DNA of 64,000 nucleotides from Balanoglossus misakiensis (GCA_040954595.2 CM082589.2:1029909-1093908), one strand, 5' to 3'. Counted from the first letter of the stretch, positions 41,979 to 54,200 are shown. The notes: a model not told the origin generated them from the letters alone. Translations and numbers: made by a program.

Positions 41979-44376
41979 ATGAGTCTTTATGGCACTGGTA
42001 CAAGTGGTTTTGGTACAACTGGATCAGTGTTTGGTCAGCAGGCAACAGACCACAATCCAATGAAAGACATAGAAGTGGCCTCACCACCTGATGACAGTGT
42101 CAGTTGCCTTGCCTTTAGTCCACCAGCCATAGCATCCACATTTCTCATTGCTGGATCGTGGGCAAACGATGTGAGTTTGTGTAAAATCATCATCCAAACT
42201 GTCTGTAGTGTGGTAATCGTAACTTGACACAATGTTGTCTGTCAATGTACATATGTTTGCATTATAGCTCGCTAAGGCTTGTACAAGCATTCTGTTTTAA
42301 TTTTGTTAAACCATCAAACTTTACTTGCAGGTAAGATGTTGGGAAATCCAAAACACGGGACAGACAGTCCCAAAAGCTCAACAAACTCACACAGGACCTG
42401 TTCTTGATGCATGTTGGCATGATGTAAGTATGTCAGTCATTTTTGATGCAATGTATTCGAAAACCACCGGAAAAACCTACATGTACATTGGGACATTAGA
42501 CACGGTCAGAAAATATGTGACTCATGTTTTTGCCAATTTTCTTTTCAGGATGGTACAAAAGTGTTCACAGCATCAAGTGATAAAACTGCAAAAATGTGGG
42601 ATTTGAATTCTAACCAAGCCATACAAATAGCTCAGGTACGTTTGTATAAATCTTTCAAGTGAAGAGTAAATTTCATGTAGACACTTTGTTGTAAAATGTA
42701 TAAATGTAGAAAGATATCTTAAATCTTTTTTTTCTCATTTGATTGAACACAGCACGATGCTCCGATTAAGTCAATACATTGGGTCAAATCACCAACCTAC
42801 AATTGTGTTGTGACTGGAAGCTGGGACAAGACTGTCAAGGTGAGAATTTTGGATTGTGACAAATTTAAAATGGACATTTTACTGATCATTCAGATCACTT
42901 GATACATTGCACAGTTTGTTGTTGAGTTACAATTCCCATCACTTTTCCGGTTGTTTTCCTATCTGTAGTTCTGGGATACTCGAACGCCAAACCCAATGCT
43001 GACATTACAGCTGCCAGAGAGATGCTACTGCATGGATGTGGTAAGTACAGTAGCTATATTTAATACATGTACCCTCAAGTATTGATTTTTCATGTGTAGA
43101 AACATTACTCTACCATCTATACATGTAATTGTACCTGCGGGGAAAATCCCTACCTTACATTCTTGTATTGTGTGTGTGTTGCAGATGTATCCAATGGCTG
43201 TAGTTGGCACAGCAGGAAGAGGCATCATCGTGTATCAGTTAGAAAATCAACCATCAGAGTTTAAACGCATCGATTCACCACTGAAATATCAGGTAAGCTC
43301 ATTTAACCATACGTTTAATCCTTACAGGCCTGAGTTCCTGATAACATACCCAAATTTAACCCTATATCTGGTGGTTTGCACAGTAATTATTACTAATAGG
43401 TAATTGTTTCTCTTCATGTGATTGTATTGTAGCACCGTTGTGTTGCAATATTCAGAGACAAGAAACAAGCACCAACTGGATTTGCACTTGGAAGCATAGA
43501 GGGCCGTGTTGCTATTCAGTTTGTACAAGCAACCAATCCGTAAGTAGTTTCCAATGTGCTTTGGGGAGTTGACCAATCACAGCAAGGGTTGTTTCCCTAT
43601 TATCTTCACTTTGAGTTTAAATTCAGGGTGTCTGAATTTGAAAGCTTTCAAGGCAAGTATTTGTTTACTCTTCATTGATTGTTAAAACTGATGCAGATTT
43701 TGTTTTCCTTTTTCAGGAAAGACAACTTTACATTCAAATGTCATCGCTCCAATGGGAGTACGAATGCAGTGCAGGATATATTTGCTGTAAGTTACTTTCC
43801 TGTTGAATAACCTCTTGCCATTTTGAACATGTTGCTGTGTCATGAGGGCAATAGCACCCATCTGTTACCTCAATGGACTGTTGAAGGTTCTCATTAAATT
43901 AGGCAATAGGAGTGAATGTGGACTGTGATTTGACGATTTCAGGTAAACGGGATCGCGTTTCATCCAGAACATGGCACATTGTCAACATGTGGCTCGGACG
44001 GAAGATTCAGCTTCTGGGACAAAGATGCCAGAACGAAACTGAAGACATCAGAAGCATTGGATCAATCCATTACATGTTGTACCTTCAATGCCCAGGGCAA
44101 TATATTTGCATATGCCTCAAGCTATGATTGGTCAAAGGTGGGTATGCAGATTACATGCAAATCAATAGTAAAATTTGCATACACAGACCTTTTTAATCTC
44201 ACTGTGTGTTCTTTACATATTTTGAATTACAATAAGAGCACAGCCAGTAATGCTGTTGACTGACCTCCATTTTTTATTCATTTCAGGGACACGAGTATTT
44301 CAATCCTCAGAAGAAAAATTACATCTTCTTAAGAGGCAATGCTAATGAAGAACTCAAACCAAGAAGCAGAAAATAA
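41979..44376 (+). CDS. RAE1: mRNA export factor RAE1 (WD40)
   Basis: Exons 41979-42170, 42331-42423, 42549-42635, 42753-42839, 42969-43040, 43185-43292, 43433-43539, 43717-43786, 43943-44137, 44287-44376. Motifs [89 protein letters not shown]. Confidence 0.97.
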
Positions 44377-45112
44377 CTTCACTCTGTCAATCATTGCAAC
44401 CAGAATGTACAGCGATTTTCTTTCTTGCATCGAGGAAAGATTGAATATTTTCATAAATGATCGCAATAAATAGCTTTTGAACCATCAGATATTGACAGGT
44501 CATATTTTTGAACCTTCATTGACATCTGATATCATGTACCACAACCCATCGTGTGTTACTTAGTCGGATCCATTATGATTATAGAGCTCTGTGTTCATAT
44601 TGGCGCTTCATCCAGTACAAACTGCAGGTGATACAATGTAGTTAAAAAGATAAAATAATGAAATGCCAGTGGAGATCTTCACCAGTATTTGATTACGAGC
44701 AGCATGCTACCATTTTGTAAAAACAAAATACAGTCAGAACATTAATTTTTCTAATATCAGTTTTAATACTGTATTGCATTGGAATTATACTACAGTGTCA
44801 CATACAGTGTTCAAATGAAATATCCTTTTCTCAATGGAGTGAAACAATTCTTCCTGTTCACAGTTTCTCCAAATACATTAAACTGAAAGAAATAAGCAGC
44901 TGCTGGTCTCTGAGAAAAATGACAAAACTTTTCCACATCTTAACATTTACTATTTGCCATTCTTTGCAAAATATTCTTTATGTTTCTTCGTATATTACTT
45001 CAAGGAAGTTGTGTGTGGTTAAACAACATGAATAAAGTATTTGGAACACAAAGAAATGTTTTGTGATTATGTGAAAGAGTTAAAGTCATGTAATAATGTG
45101 TAAATGACTGTA

Positions 45113-45772
45113 TCACAGGTTTGGACAAAATGTTTGAATTCCATCTTCCCTTTTGTTGTAAACAACAATAAATCCTCTCGATTTATGACTGACAGTATCC
45201 TCAGTATTCATAGCACGATATAAGTCTTTTGTAGTAGTCCAAGTTTCCTGCGTGTCGGCCCACACATCCATCAACAACAACCTGTCAGTTTCTTGATGAT
45301 ACGCTGCTACTGGGCTTATATGTCCACCCAAATATTCATCTTGCCCCAGGACACGCATGTGATAGTTCACTATCAAAGTACATCTACAGTCAGTGCTGCT
45401 TAGTGTTTCTATGGCAACTTGCTGAAATTGCTCACAGCTGCTGTCGGAAGCATAGTACACCTTCACATCATACTGAAATGCTCGATATAAGTCTGCCATT
45501 TCTTGCAAAGTACAGCCTTTTGCTGCTACAGCTTCCCTGTTTAATACGGACACGGTTTGTGGTAGATCAAACATTGTCTCTTCTTTGTATGGTACATTCT
45601 GGTTGTTGCCAGGTTGCTGCATGGCAGACATTGTAATGGTTGCAGTTCTGATTGCACAAAATGTACGATGTGTTTGTTTGGCAAAGTTTTCAATGATTGC
45701 ATTTTGTTTGTAGGTTGCTGTGAGTAGCAACTTCTGCCCAGCTGAGCTTTCCAAGTCAATTAATCCTGACAT
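45113..45772 (-). CDS. Phytochelatin synthase family protein (papain-like glutathione gamma-glutamylcysteinyltransferase fold), catalytic domain only, about 219 aa, intronless CDS
   Basis: Motifs QTHRTFC (oxyanion Gln and nucleophile Cys six residues apart), GCTLQEM, LIVNYH..LGQ, GGHISPVAAYH, LLLMDV (His and Asp 18 residues apart), LYRAM and SRGF. The true start is probably MSGLID at 45772, because a splice acceptor (tttttttcacag, AG at 45793-45792) lies inside the longer ORF call. A candidate donor at 46071 would define a non-coding exon 1. Confidence 0.88.
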   Translation of the reverse strand: MSGLIDLESSAGQKLLLTATYKQNAIIENFAKQTHRTFCAIRTATITMSAMQQPGNNQNVPYKEETMFDLPQTVSVLNREAVAAKGCTLQEMADLYRAFQYDVKVYYASDSSCEQFQQVAIETLSSTDCRCTLIVNYHMRVLGQDEYLGGHISPVAAYHQETDRLLLMDVWADTQETWTTTKDLYRAMNTEDTVSHKSRGFIVVYNKREDGIQTFCPNL

Positions 45773-46071
45773 CAGTGGTGTGCTTATTAACCTGTGAAAA
45801 AAATCCAAAAAGTTGTTAGTCATGTTTTACTTTGTGTTACATCTGTATTAAATGTGAATGGTGTACATTTCAGCAATCTCTAACATAGCAGCATGCATTG
45901 CAGGGCTGTGTGTTAGCTTTGACCAGCTGCTGGAGGCACGTCTACATTAGTTTGTGATCAGATAAACTCCCTGTAACATTAAATCAATGTAGCCTACCTA
46001 TTATTATAAATATTAAATGTTTTATAGTCGGAAGTCTTCTGTCTATTTCAACCTTGTCTATTTCCTAATAC

Positions 46072-46244
46072 CTGGTAAAGGATCCATCGCATGATGGCGC
46101 TGTATTAATGGCTTCCCCCAATGGGCGATCTCCGTTCGATTATCACCAGTTTGATTTTCTTTCAACGTCATTGATTGGTTAAAAATTTGTAGCGTTCCCG
46201 CCATCATTTGGGTCCGCCATTGTCGCGTATCGGTAGAGGGAATC
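46072..46244. promoter_or_regulatory. Very compact bidirectional promoter shared by the PCS-like gene and DEK
   Basis: About 170 bp separate the PCS exon-1 donor and the DEK ATG. The segment is CpG-rich, with oppositely oriented CCAAT (about 46118) and ATTGG (about 46173) boxes and YY1-like ATGGCG/CGCCAT motifs. Confidence 0.6.
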
Positions 46245-49200
46245 ATGTCAGACACCGAGAAAAACGACGTAAAGGAAGAAACTGAGGTACCGTAACCATA
46301 ATATTGAACTAACCCTTGTCACACATGTATAGTTGGAATATGCTGTATTGACTTTGTGGTAATCGCACGGCTCTTTCTCTGCTGAACGGGACCCAAAATA
46401 CTTGTAAAACTAAATGGCTTCCCGGTAGTTTTGACACATTGTACATATCATGTGTGTATATTTACCCCCACTTGCACGCTCACTCCCTTTGTGCCGGAAG
46501 CCATTTGACACAATCGTGGTGATGGAGTTAATTAATACCCCTTTCCAGGTTCTTTCCCTTGCAGATTCTGTAGCTAGTTATGCGACATATCCAGTAGGCT
46601 TCAAAATTTCCTACACGACTTGTGCGTTACGCGTCCAACCGTTTATCAAAACATGACCTGAAGGGGGGGGGGGGGGGGGGGGGGGTACGTAGACAACGCA
46701 TTGTCAACTGCAAGTAGGTCGGTCTGTTGCGGTACTGAGTCAATTGTGAAGTGTGCTTCCGGGTACAGTGTTACAGTTCTTGCCAGTTGAAAATTGCCAC
46801 AACAAATATAAGCTGCTGTAGTCATGATATGCTTGCTGCAGTACTAGATCTCAAGATTTTTATCGTTTTGTTTCTTTTTTTAATCAAGGAACCAAAAGAG
46901 GAAGTTGAAGAAAGTAAAAAGTCCAGTCCCAAGAAGGTGACCAAGTCACCGCAGAAGAAAGATGTAGACAAAAAAGATGAAGAGGCTGAGGAGGATGAAG
47001 AAGAAGATGATGGTGAAGATGATGAAATCGAGGATGAAAGGCCTCACGGTAAGAAGAAAGTTATTGTAGATGCATCAAGGGTTAATGTAGTCTAGAATCC
47101 AGACTAATGTGTGTGGAGCATAGCGAAAAAAACACATCTGGATTCTAAAGTACAATTCTATCAACGATTTTTTTCTTCAAATTTTCAGTAGGTCTTCTTG
47201 ATAAACCAGTGGAAGTCATGAAAGGAACCAGAGACAGGAAGAAAGTCGAGAGATTATCACTCCAAGATACGAAATCCCTTTCAAATAAAGAAAAATTTGA
47301 AGTCAAAGAAGGCCGTGGAACAAAACTCGGTGAAATCGAGAGAGGTAAAGACACTTGGAGTGTGTTGATGTGAAAGTGAATATTTATGGCTTGTAGATAT
47401 ACAACACCAAATTTATCCTGCGGTCTCATTCATTTTTTGTTTTTATTTACAGTTGAGTTACAACTTAAGAAAGCTCATTCAGATGCCTTAAAACCTCTCC
47501 ATCGTCTTCTCTTTAGCCGGCCTGGATCGGTAAGAATTTTCCCTTTTTCCAAAGATGTAGAATAACTGTGTATGCATTAAGGGAAAAATGGCTGCCAGCC
47601 ATACAATTCTTTTGCGAAAATTTATTTTTACATTCTCTCTTTTCACTATAGAATTAATCTCCGTCCTTTTACAGGCTTTTGAAATAAAAAGAAACATTCG
47701 CAAATTTTCTGGATTTCCGTTTTCCAGAGATGAAGCAGAATATGAGAAGAAAGAGAACATTTTAATCAAGTGAGTAATTTGATCTCAATCATCAATTGAT
47801 CACATCAGTTGAAACATCACGATTAAATGGTCTGATTGATAGTTTTGTATTTCCAGTATATTTAGTGTAGTCCAGTTTAGCAGTTAATAACCATTAACCT
47901 TATGCTGTTGTTTCTGCAGATACACTGTGTCTGGATTGAAGGAGTTTTGTGAATGGCTAGACCTTGAAAAGGGCGGAGGAAAAGAAGATGTTATTCACAG
48001 AATACTGGATTTTCTTTTAGAACCCAAACCATCAGGGAAACCTTTGCCAAAACCAAAAAGTAAGTCAAACCTCCAGGGATTTCAAAATTACACCATTTTC
48101 AGCCCACTCCAAATTGATTTGAGATGCCTACTGTTCAGCTTATCAACACATTTTGTATATGTACAGATTGGTACAATATTTGCTAACATCTTTCTTTCTT
48201 TAGAAAAAAGAGGAGAAAAGAGAAAACGGACCCCAAAAGCCAAGAAAGATAAAAAGAAGAAAACAGAGAAGAAAGAAAAGAAGAGTAAAACCAAAAAGAT
48301 AGATTATGAGATTTTGAGCAGCGAGAGTGAGGAAGACAACAACAGTGATGAGGAGGAAGAAGAAGAGGTAGGCTTTGCTCATCATTGTTACCATGGAAAT
48401 AGGAATATGTACAGACTCCACATGTGTTCATTTGCATAATACACCAATCAACACCTATAAAGGGGGAAAATAACGTTTGTATTGAATCTCTCTTACAGGA
48501 AGTGCCGAAGAAGAAAAGACAAAAGATTGACAAATCACCAAAGAAATCACCCAAGAAAACTCCACAGAAAACACCCAAAAAGAAAGACAAATCCAGTACT
48601 CCCAAGAAAGAGAAAAAGCAGAAAAAAGAAACACCAAAGAAAGAGAAGAAAAGAAAAGGTGAGGGCAGCATTGCTGTTTCCATGGATATAATAGCCAGAA
48701 GCTACATTTTGTCTACATATTAGATTGTGAAAAGACATTGCATTTTCCTTCGATTTGAAACTTAAATGTCATTTTCTTTTTCCTATTTAGTTTCAGTAAG
48801 TTCAGATAGTTCAGATGATGAACCGCTTGTGAAAAGGGTCAAATCCCCACCAACAGTAAGTATCAAACTAAGTCGTCATCATCTGTATTGTGTAGAAGCT
48901 TTCAATTCCTTGCAGTGTGTTCAAGTTTTTTGAAAACAAAATATGTAGGATGTTCAACATCTTGCTTCCACTACTTTTCAGGATGGAGAAATCCGTGATG
49001 TTATCCAGAAAATTTTAGACGGTGCCAACTTGGAGGAAATCACCATGAAAACAGTGTGTAAACAAGTGTATGCAAAATATCCTGACTTTGACCTGAGTGA
49101 AAGAAAAGATTTCATCAAATCCACCGTCAGACAGGTAGGAATTTGCATTTTTTCTTAGTGTTCGGTACATTTGACACCCAAATAAAATTGAGACTTTGGT

Positions 49201-49311
49201 CAGCTTGGTTAAGCACTGTAGTTAATTGTTCACGTAGTATTTTTGACTTGTTTTCTCTAAACACCACTATTCTGACCCTTTACATTTTTATTTTCACAGA
49301 TAATCTCATAG
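46245..49311 (+). CDS. DEK: Chromatin protein DEK (SAP-like and DEK-C domains)
   Basis: Exons 46245-46286, 46889-47048, 47189(or 47192)-47344, 47453-47529, 47675-47769, 47920-48059, 48204-48367, 48499-48658, 48791-48855, 48982-49134, 49300-49311. Motifs GRGTKLGEI, LKPLHRLLFSRPG, IKRNIRKFSGFPF, LKEFCEWLDLEK, SSDDEPLV, ANLEEITMKTVCKQVYAKYPDFDLSERKDFIKSTVRQIIS. Confidence 0.94.
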
Positions 49312-49574
49312 CTGGATGGAGACCAAACCAAAACATCTCAGCACTATATGTACAGTTCCCTCAGTATCTCTTTCTCTCTCACATTTTTTAAAAAGTATTT
49401 TAATCATGATGCCCTCTCGATTCTGTCTTTTGTCAACCTATTATTTTGGTTGTAGGTGTAGTATTTGTGATTTTTATCATGAAGTCAATTTTAGTACAAG
49501 ATTGTAATTTTGATGTCCATTATAATCGACAAATAAATTTTTTACTGAAAGAGAACTGCTTGTTTGTTTGTTTG

Positions 49575-49800
49575 TTTTTATCAAGCTCCTGTGATCACTC
49601 ATGGAGCTGGTGTGACTGCTGATTCTGTCTGTATGTGTGTGTCTGTGTTAACTTCACCTCAAGAATTATACACCGATTTTAAAATTGCCACTGATCTCTG
49701 TATATCTCAATGAAGAATAATGAAGTGATTTGCATGAAATTGATTAACACCAAAGTGCGCCACCACATGGTCATTTGAAGAAAACTAAACTATGGATCAT
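49575..49800. mobile_element. Possible non-autonomous Helitron-like (HINE/DINE-1-like) remnant
   Basis: A T-run, then a short inverted repeat agctcc...ggagct (49584-49608), then a ctgtctgtatgtgtgtgtctgt microsatellite and accgatttt. Similar to the element near 27.4 kb. Confidence 0.4.
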
Positions 49801-49859
49801 GCATGTTTATATAGACTAGACTATGAGAGTGTTCAGCGATGATTGATCGGTTAAAACTA

Positions 49860-50179
49860 TAAATTCGAACAAACCAAATGTCACCGAGCACACGAGATAA
49901 ACAGCCAGCTTACGCGGTTGTGACGTGTGACAAGCATTTAATTTTGTTTCCCCCACTTCAGAAGTCTCGCAAACCACGAGATTGAACGAGAACGGAAGCT
50001 GGGTTGGTAGATATAGAGTAAGGAGTGAAAGAGACAACGGCGATCGTGAACTGGAAAATCTTGATAAAGCATAACATAGGAAACAATGGTGGATGTGATA
50101 TTCGAGGGAAGATGAATACTTAACATGGACTGAGGATATACCTTCTGAGACATCATTTGAGCCGTCCAAGTACCAACAC
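49860..50179 (+). promoter_or_regulatory. Putative promoter and non-coding first exon of RNF144
   Basis: CpG-enriched stretch with a TGACGT motif (about 49921), ending in the donor caacac|gtaagt at 50180. The next acceptor is at 51259, before the ATG exon. Confidence 0.5.
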
Positions 50180-51285
50180 GTAAGTATTTTTGTGCTGACA
50201 GTGCGGAGTGCCAGTGTGTGTACATGTATATACATAGTAAATTTATTCCATGATGATGGAGAATACATCATCGAGTAATCGTATATATGGTTGCCGTACG
50301 CACGACCTGGATAGTGTCACACATACTGTAACCGAAGCTTATATCGCCATTGATGCAAGATAGTACGTGAATTAGTCATAAATTCAAGATTTGCTGTTAC
50401 GAAATACGTCGACCAAATCGTCTTGTCGATTTCGTTGTATAAATCTGTGGTTTGTGTTTATGTCAATCTCTGCCAGACATTTGTCACGTCGACAGTAAAG
50501 ATCACGATTTTGATTTTCTTGTCTTCGGAAAGTGGATCTGAAAGAGGAAGCCTCATTTGTGTCAACTCAAGATTATATTTTTCATTTCATTTCCTGTTAC
50601 TGGTATATGGTACTACTAGACCCCCCCCCCCCCCCCAGTCTACCTTGTATTCTCAATTTATATCAGAAGTAATGTTTTCTACATAATCAGAAAACCTGTT
50701 TGTGTTTGTCCTACAATGAGATTCCACATAAGTTGTTACCTTCACAAAAATGAAATTCCATCTGTACTATTCTCTGATACACAAAAGAAGTAATGAACCA
50801 TGATCAGTGGGGTTTGTTCCCCCATGCTGTGTAAGTGGCACAGTTAGTTTGCTAGCTGGTACATGTACACGTACAAAATGTATATTTATATCATGTTGCA
50901 CTCTCGCTCAAGGTTATAACTCTCATAAAGGGTGCAAATCAAAACGTGTGAAAATATGAACAGGGGAGTTTAGAATCTTAGACAATCTGACTTTCCGAGC
51001 AGTGTTGGCCGACAATTAATTAGAGCTTAGAGTCTGCAAATGATGTGATACTAAAGGTTGGTGCTTGATGTTAACACAAGAAATCCCTGTGGTCACGCCA
51101 TTTGAGATGACAAGCTGTTCTACTGTGATAACATCATGAATGGCATTGAACAACACAAAGTGTTACTAATGAATCGCTTTCTCACTATCTTCACAACGTC
51201 TTCGGAATAATGAATCGCTCAACAAATCTAATGAGTGTCTTCTTGTTTCTTGCGTTCAGGTACAACTTGTTTCCAGTCGACCATA

Positions 51286-54200
51286 ATGGCGAGATCAACA
51301 TCAACAACTAGTATCGGCCGCTCAGATTTAGCAATGGATCCATTGATATCATGTAAATTATGTCTCACGGAACATCCATTACAAGATATGCACCCGATGG
51401 AACAGTGTTCTTGCATATATTGCAATTCAGTAAGTCAGTTCAGCTCGTATTTCTTGCACATCTGTCTTTCATACTTTTCTATAAAAAAGAATATTCATAA
51501 TAACAATCAGTGCCCAGTTTGACGTAGGTTCTTCATTGAAAGTCCATCCGTGTAGTGTGTACTTGACTGTGAAGTGGAGACATTTTCAAGTATTCATTGT
51601 ATGTCTCTCATTTCCCTTCCATTCTGCAAAACATACAGGGAACACAATCCAGACAAATTAGGAATTCCCATCCTCATTCAAATTAATTTCCTGGATGTTT
51701 TGCTTGATGGCAGCCTTAGATCAGAACTCGTTCATAGTTGAATACATATATTCACATTTTTGTGTTGTGGATTTCTCTCTTCAATGAAAACTGACAGGAA
51801 AACTAACATGTAATATTAATTGAGTGTTTGTAGTTTCAGAATTTAAATGAGAGAGTTGTTGACACACGCACAATCATTAGCAGAGATTACTCTATCATTG
51901 ACGTCATTGTTCCCACAACCAAACAGGATTCTTGACACCAATTTCTAGAATAATAGGAATTTCTTTACATCAGCCAGACATACAAATTTTCTCATGTCAC
52001 ACAGAATTCTGTGTTGGTTTTGTATTCTGTACACTTACTTCAGAATGGCATTTTCTGTTTTAACATGCTAAATATTTATAGTTTTTCCCCCAGCCTCACT
52101 CATTTCAGTTCATATTATAAAGTCCAAATTGGTTATTTTAAACTGAATAAAAACCTCTATACCTGTCCAGGGCCAACATAAACTGTCTAGTGTGAACTTC
52201 CCTACTATATGTACAGCTTTCAGCAAGGATCACTTCATGACGTCTTCTGCCTCTTAAAATTGTTACAAGACCCTTTGGCAACTAGCCAATCAACATTCAG
52301 ATGCAAATCTACGTTGTGCAAATTTAGTAGGTTTGCCTGTGAATCAACCTCACCTCCGGAAAAGATCATATCACATTACTCAGCCCTTACTATTCATTTC
52401 TCCACATCCAATGTACAACGTTAACAAAATAGTCTGCATTCGATTAATTCACTGTCACTATAGCTACTTAGGTACATTTCAAAATATAAATTTATCTAAC
52501 CTTATGGCTTATTTTCGCATTGTTCATGTCACTTTTTTACAGTGTTTACAACAGTACTTATCAATACTGATCAAAGAGGGATCTGTTGCCATAGTAACAT
52601 GTCCCGATGCCACATGTAAAGAACAAGGTAAAATCGGAATGAATGAGGTACGTAATTCATCACTATACACTTGTGATTCTGTAAGCTTTAGCATTGTATA
52701 AGTTACTTTCATCTCATCATTACAAGCTTTGGATGAAAGAGATAGAAATTTGTTTTAATAAAGGAAGACATTTTTTACCAATGATTTTATTGCTGGTCTT
52801 CAAGTAATATTCATCAAGAAAGTGGTTGACATACGTAACTTGATACATGTACAGATGCCTGTTTTGGCTAAGTATAACATTGATTGTGTTTCCATGGATA
52901 CAACAAGAGAATTTACATTTTAAAGATAGAGATAGCCTACAGTGAAATGACCATATGTTGTTGAGTATAGAGTGACTGATAAACAGCTCATGTTAACCAT
53001 GTAATTATGTTTCAGATTAAAAGAACGGTTGATAAAAGTACATATGAGAAGTATAAAAAGTACAAATTTGAATTAGGTAAGCTGGTTTTTGATTTCAGAT
53101 ATTATACATGTTTTTGTACTAGGATTCCTGTCACAATCTCTCTATTACCTGCTAATAATCCTTCAGAGCTGCCCAGGTTGTGATATCCTGACTTTGAACC
53201 ATTCCATCTCGTCTTCATTTTCAGAGGTAGATCTGGATCCTAACAGAACGTGGTGTCCAGAAGCTGGGTGTGAAACAATCTGTCATGTTTGTTCTGGAGA
53301 TGCGGCCAAAGCAAAACCAGTCCATTGTCCAACAGTGAGTGTGATCACTTACCATCAATTACCGTTACAAAGTTTCTGTCCTTCCAGCAGAAAAAAACAA
53401 ACAGTAAAGAACAACAGTCAGATTTGTTAGGAGCCAACAAAATGTTGCAACATGTATCTTAATTGAAGGAATATACCAAATACGGTAATATATCTCAGTC
53501 TCGGTAACCTTACTTTGATTTCTTTGTATTTTCTTGCAGTGTGGTTTACATTTTTGTTCTCTGTGTAAATCCAAGTGGCACAGTAACAAAACTTGTGATG
53601 AATTCAGCAAAGATAGTGAGGCCAGTGGGGGAAGCAGTGCGTCGTACAATTCAAAGACAGATGCCATAGGGTAAGTCTGATTTTCATATTCTGAAGAAGA
53701 ACAAGTTTGTGAGAAAAATTCTAAGTGGGACTGTTGTTGAAACTTCACATGTGAAACTTGCCTGGTTACGAACATCTTTGGAACAGAAAGTGTTTCAAAG
53801 TCCAACTTTCGTCTTGAAAAATCTGTTCGAATAGAGACATGTTCTGATGAGAGAGGTGTTTATAAAAAACAACAGTTTTCACTGTATTGAATGAGCACTC
53901 CCTTTGATTGTTTACAGAATTCCTTTCAGCAGCGATGAGAATGCACCAATCAAACGCTGTCCTTTATGTCATGTGCCAATCGAGAGAGATGAAGGGTGTG
54001 CGCAGATGATGTGTAAACGATGTAAACATGTTTTTTGCTGGTACTGTTTGGCATCATTGGATGTAAGTAGAGATTACTTGCAATATAATTTTTGATACCG
54101 ATTAAGAGATAAGTGACTGTAATATTCTGACTGAGATTTCTGTTTGACAGGATGATTTCTTACTTCGTCACTACGACAAAGGACCGTGTCGAGACAAGCT

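Noticed and set aside
43605-43645. Hairpin aaattcag-ggtgt-ctgaattt in a RAE1 intron
   Set aside because: The stem is too short for a pre-miRNA and there are no supporting box motifs.
45773-45823. N-terminal extension MTNNFLDFFHRLISTPL of the PCS ORF
   Set aside because: It overlaps a polypyrimidine tract and AG acceptor, so it is more likely intron plus 5' UTR than coding sequence.
48088-48738. Phe/Leu-rich, membrane-like minus-strand ORFs
   Set aside because: They are antisense translations of Lys/Glu-rich DEK exons.
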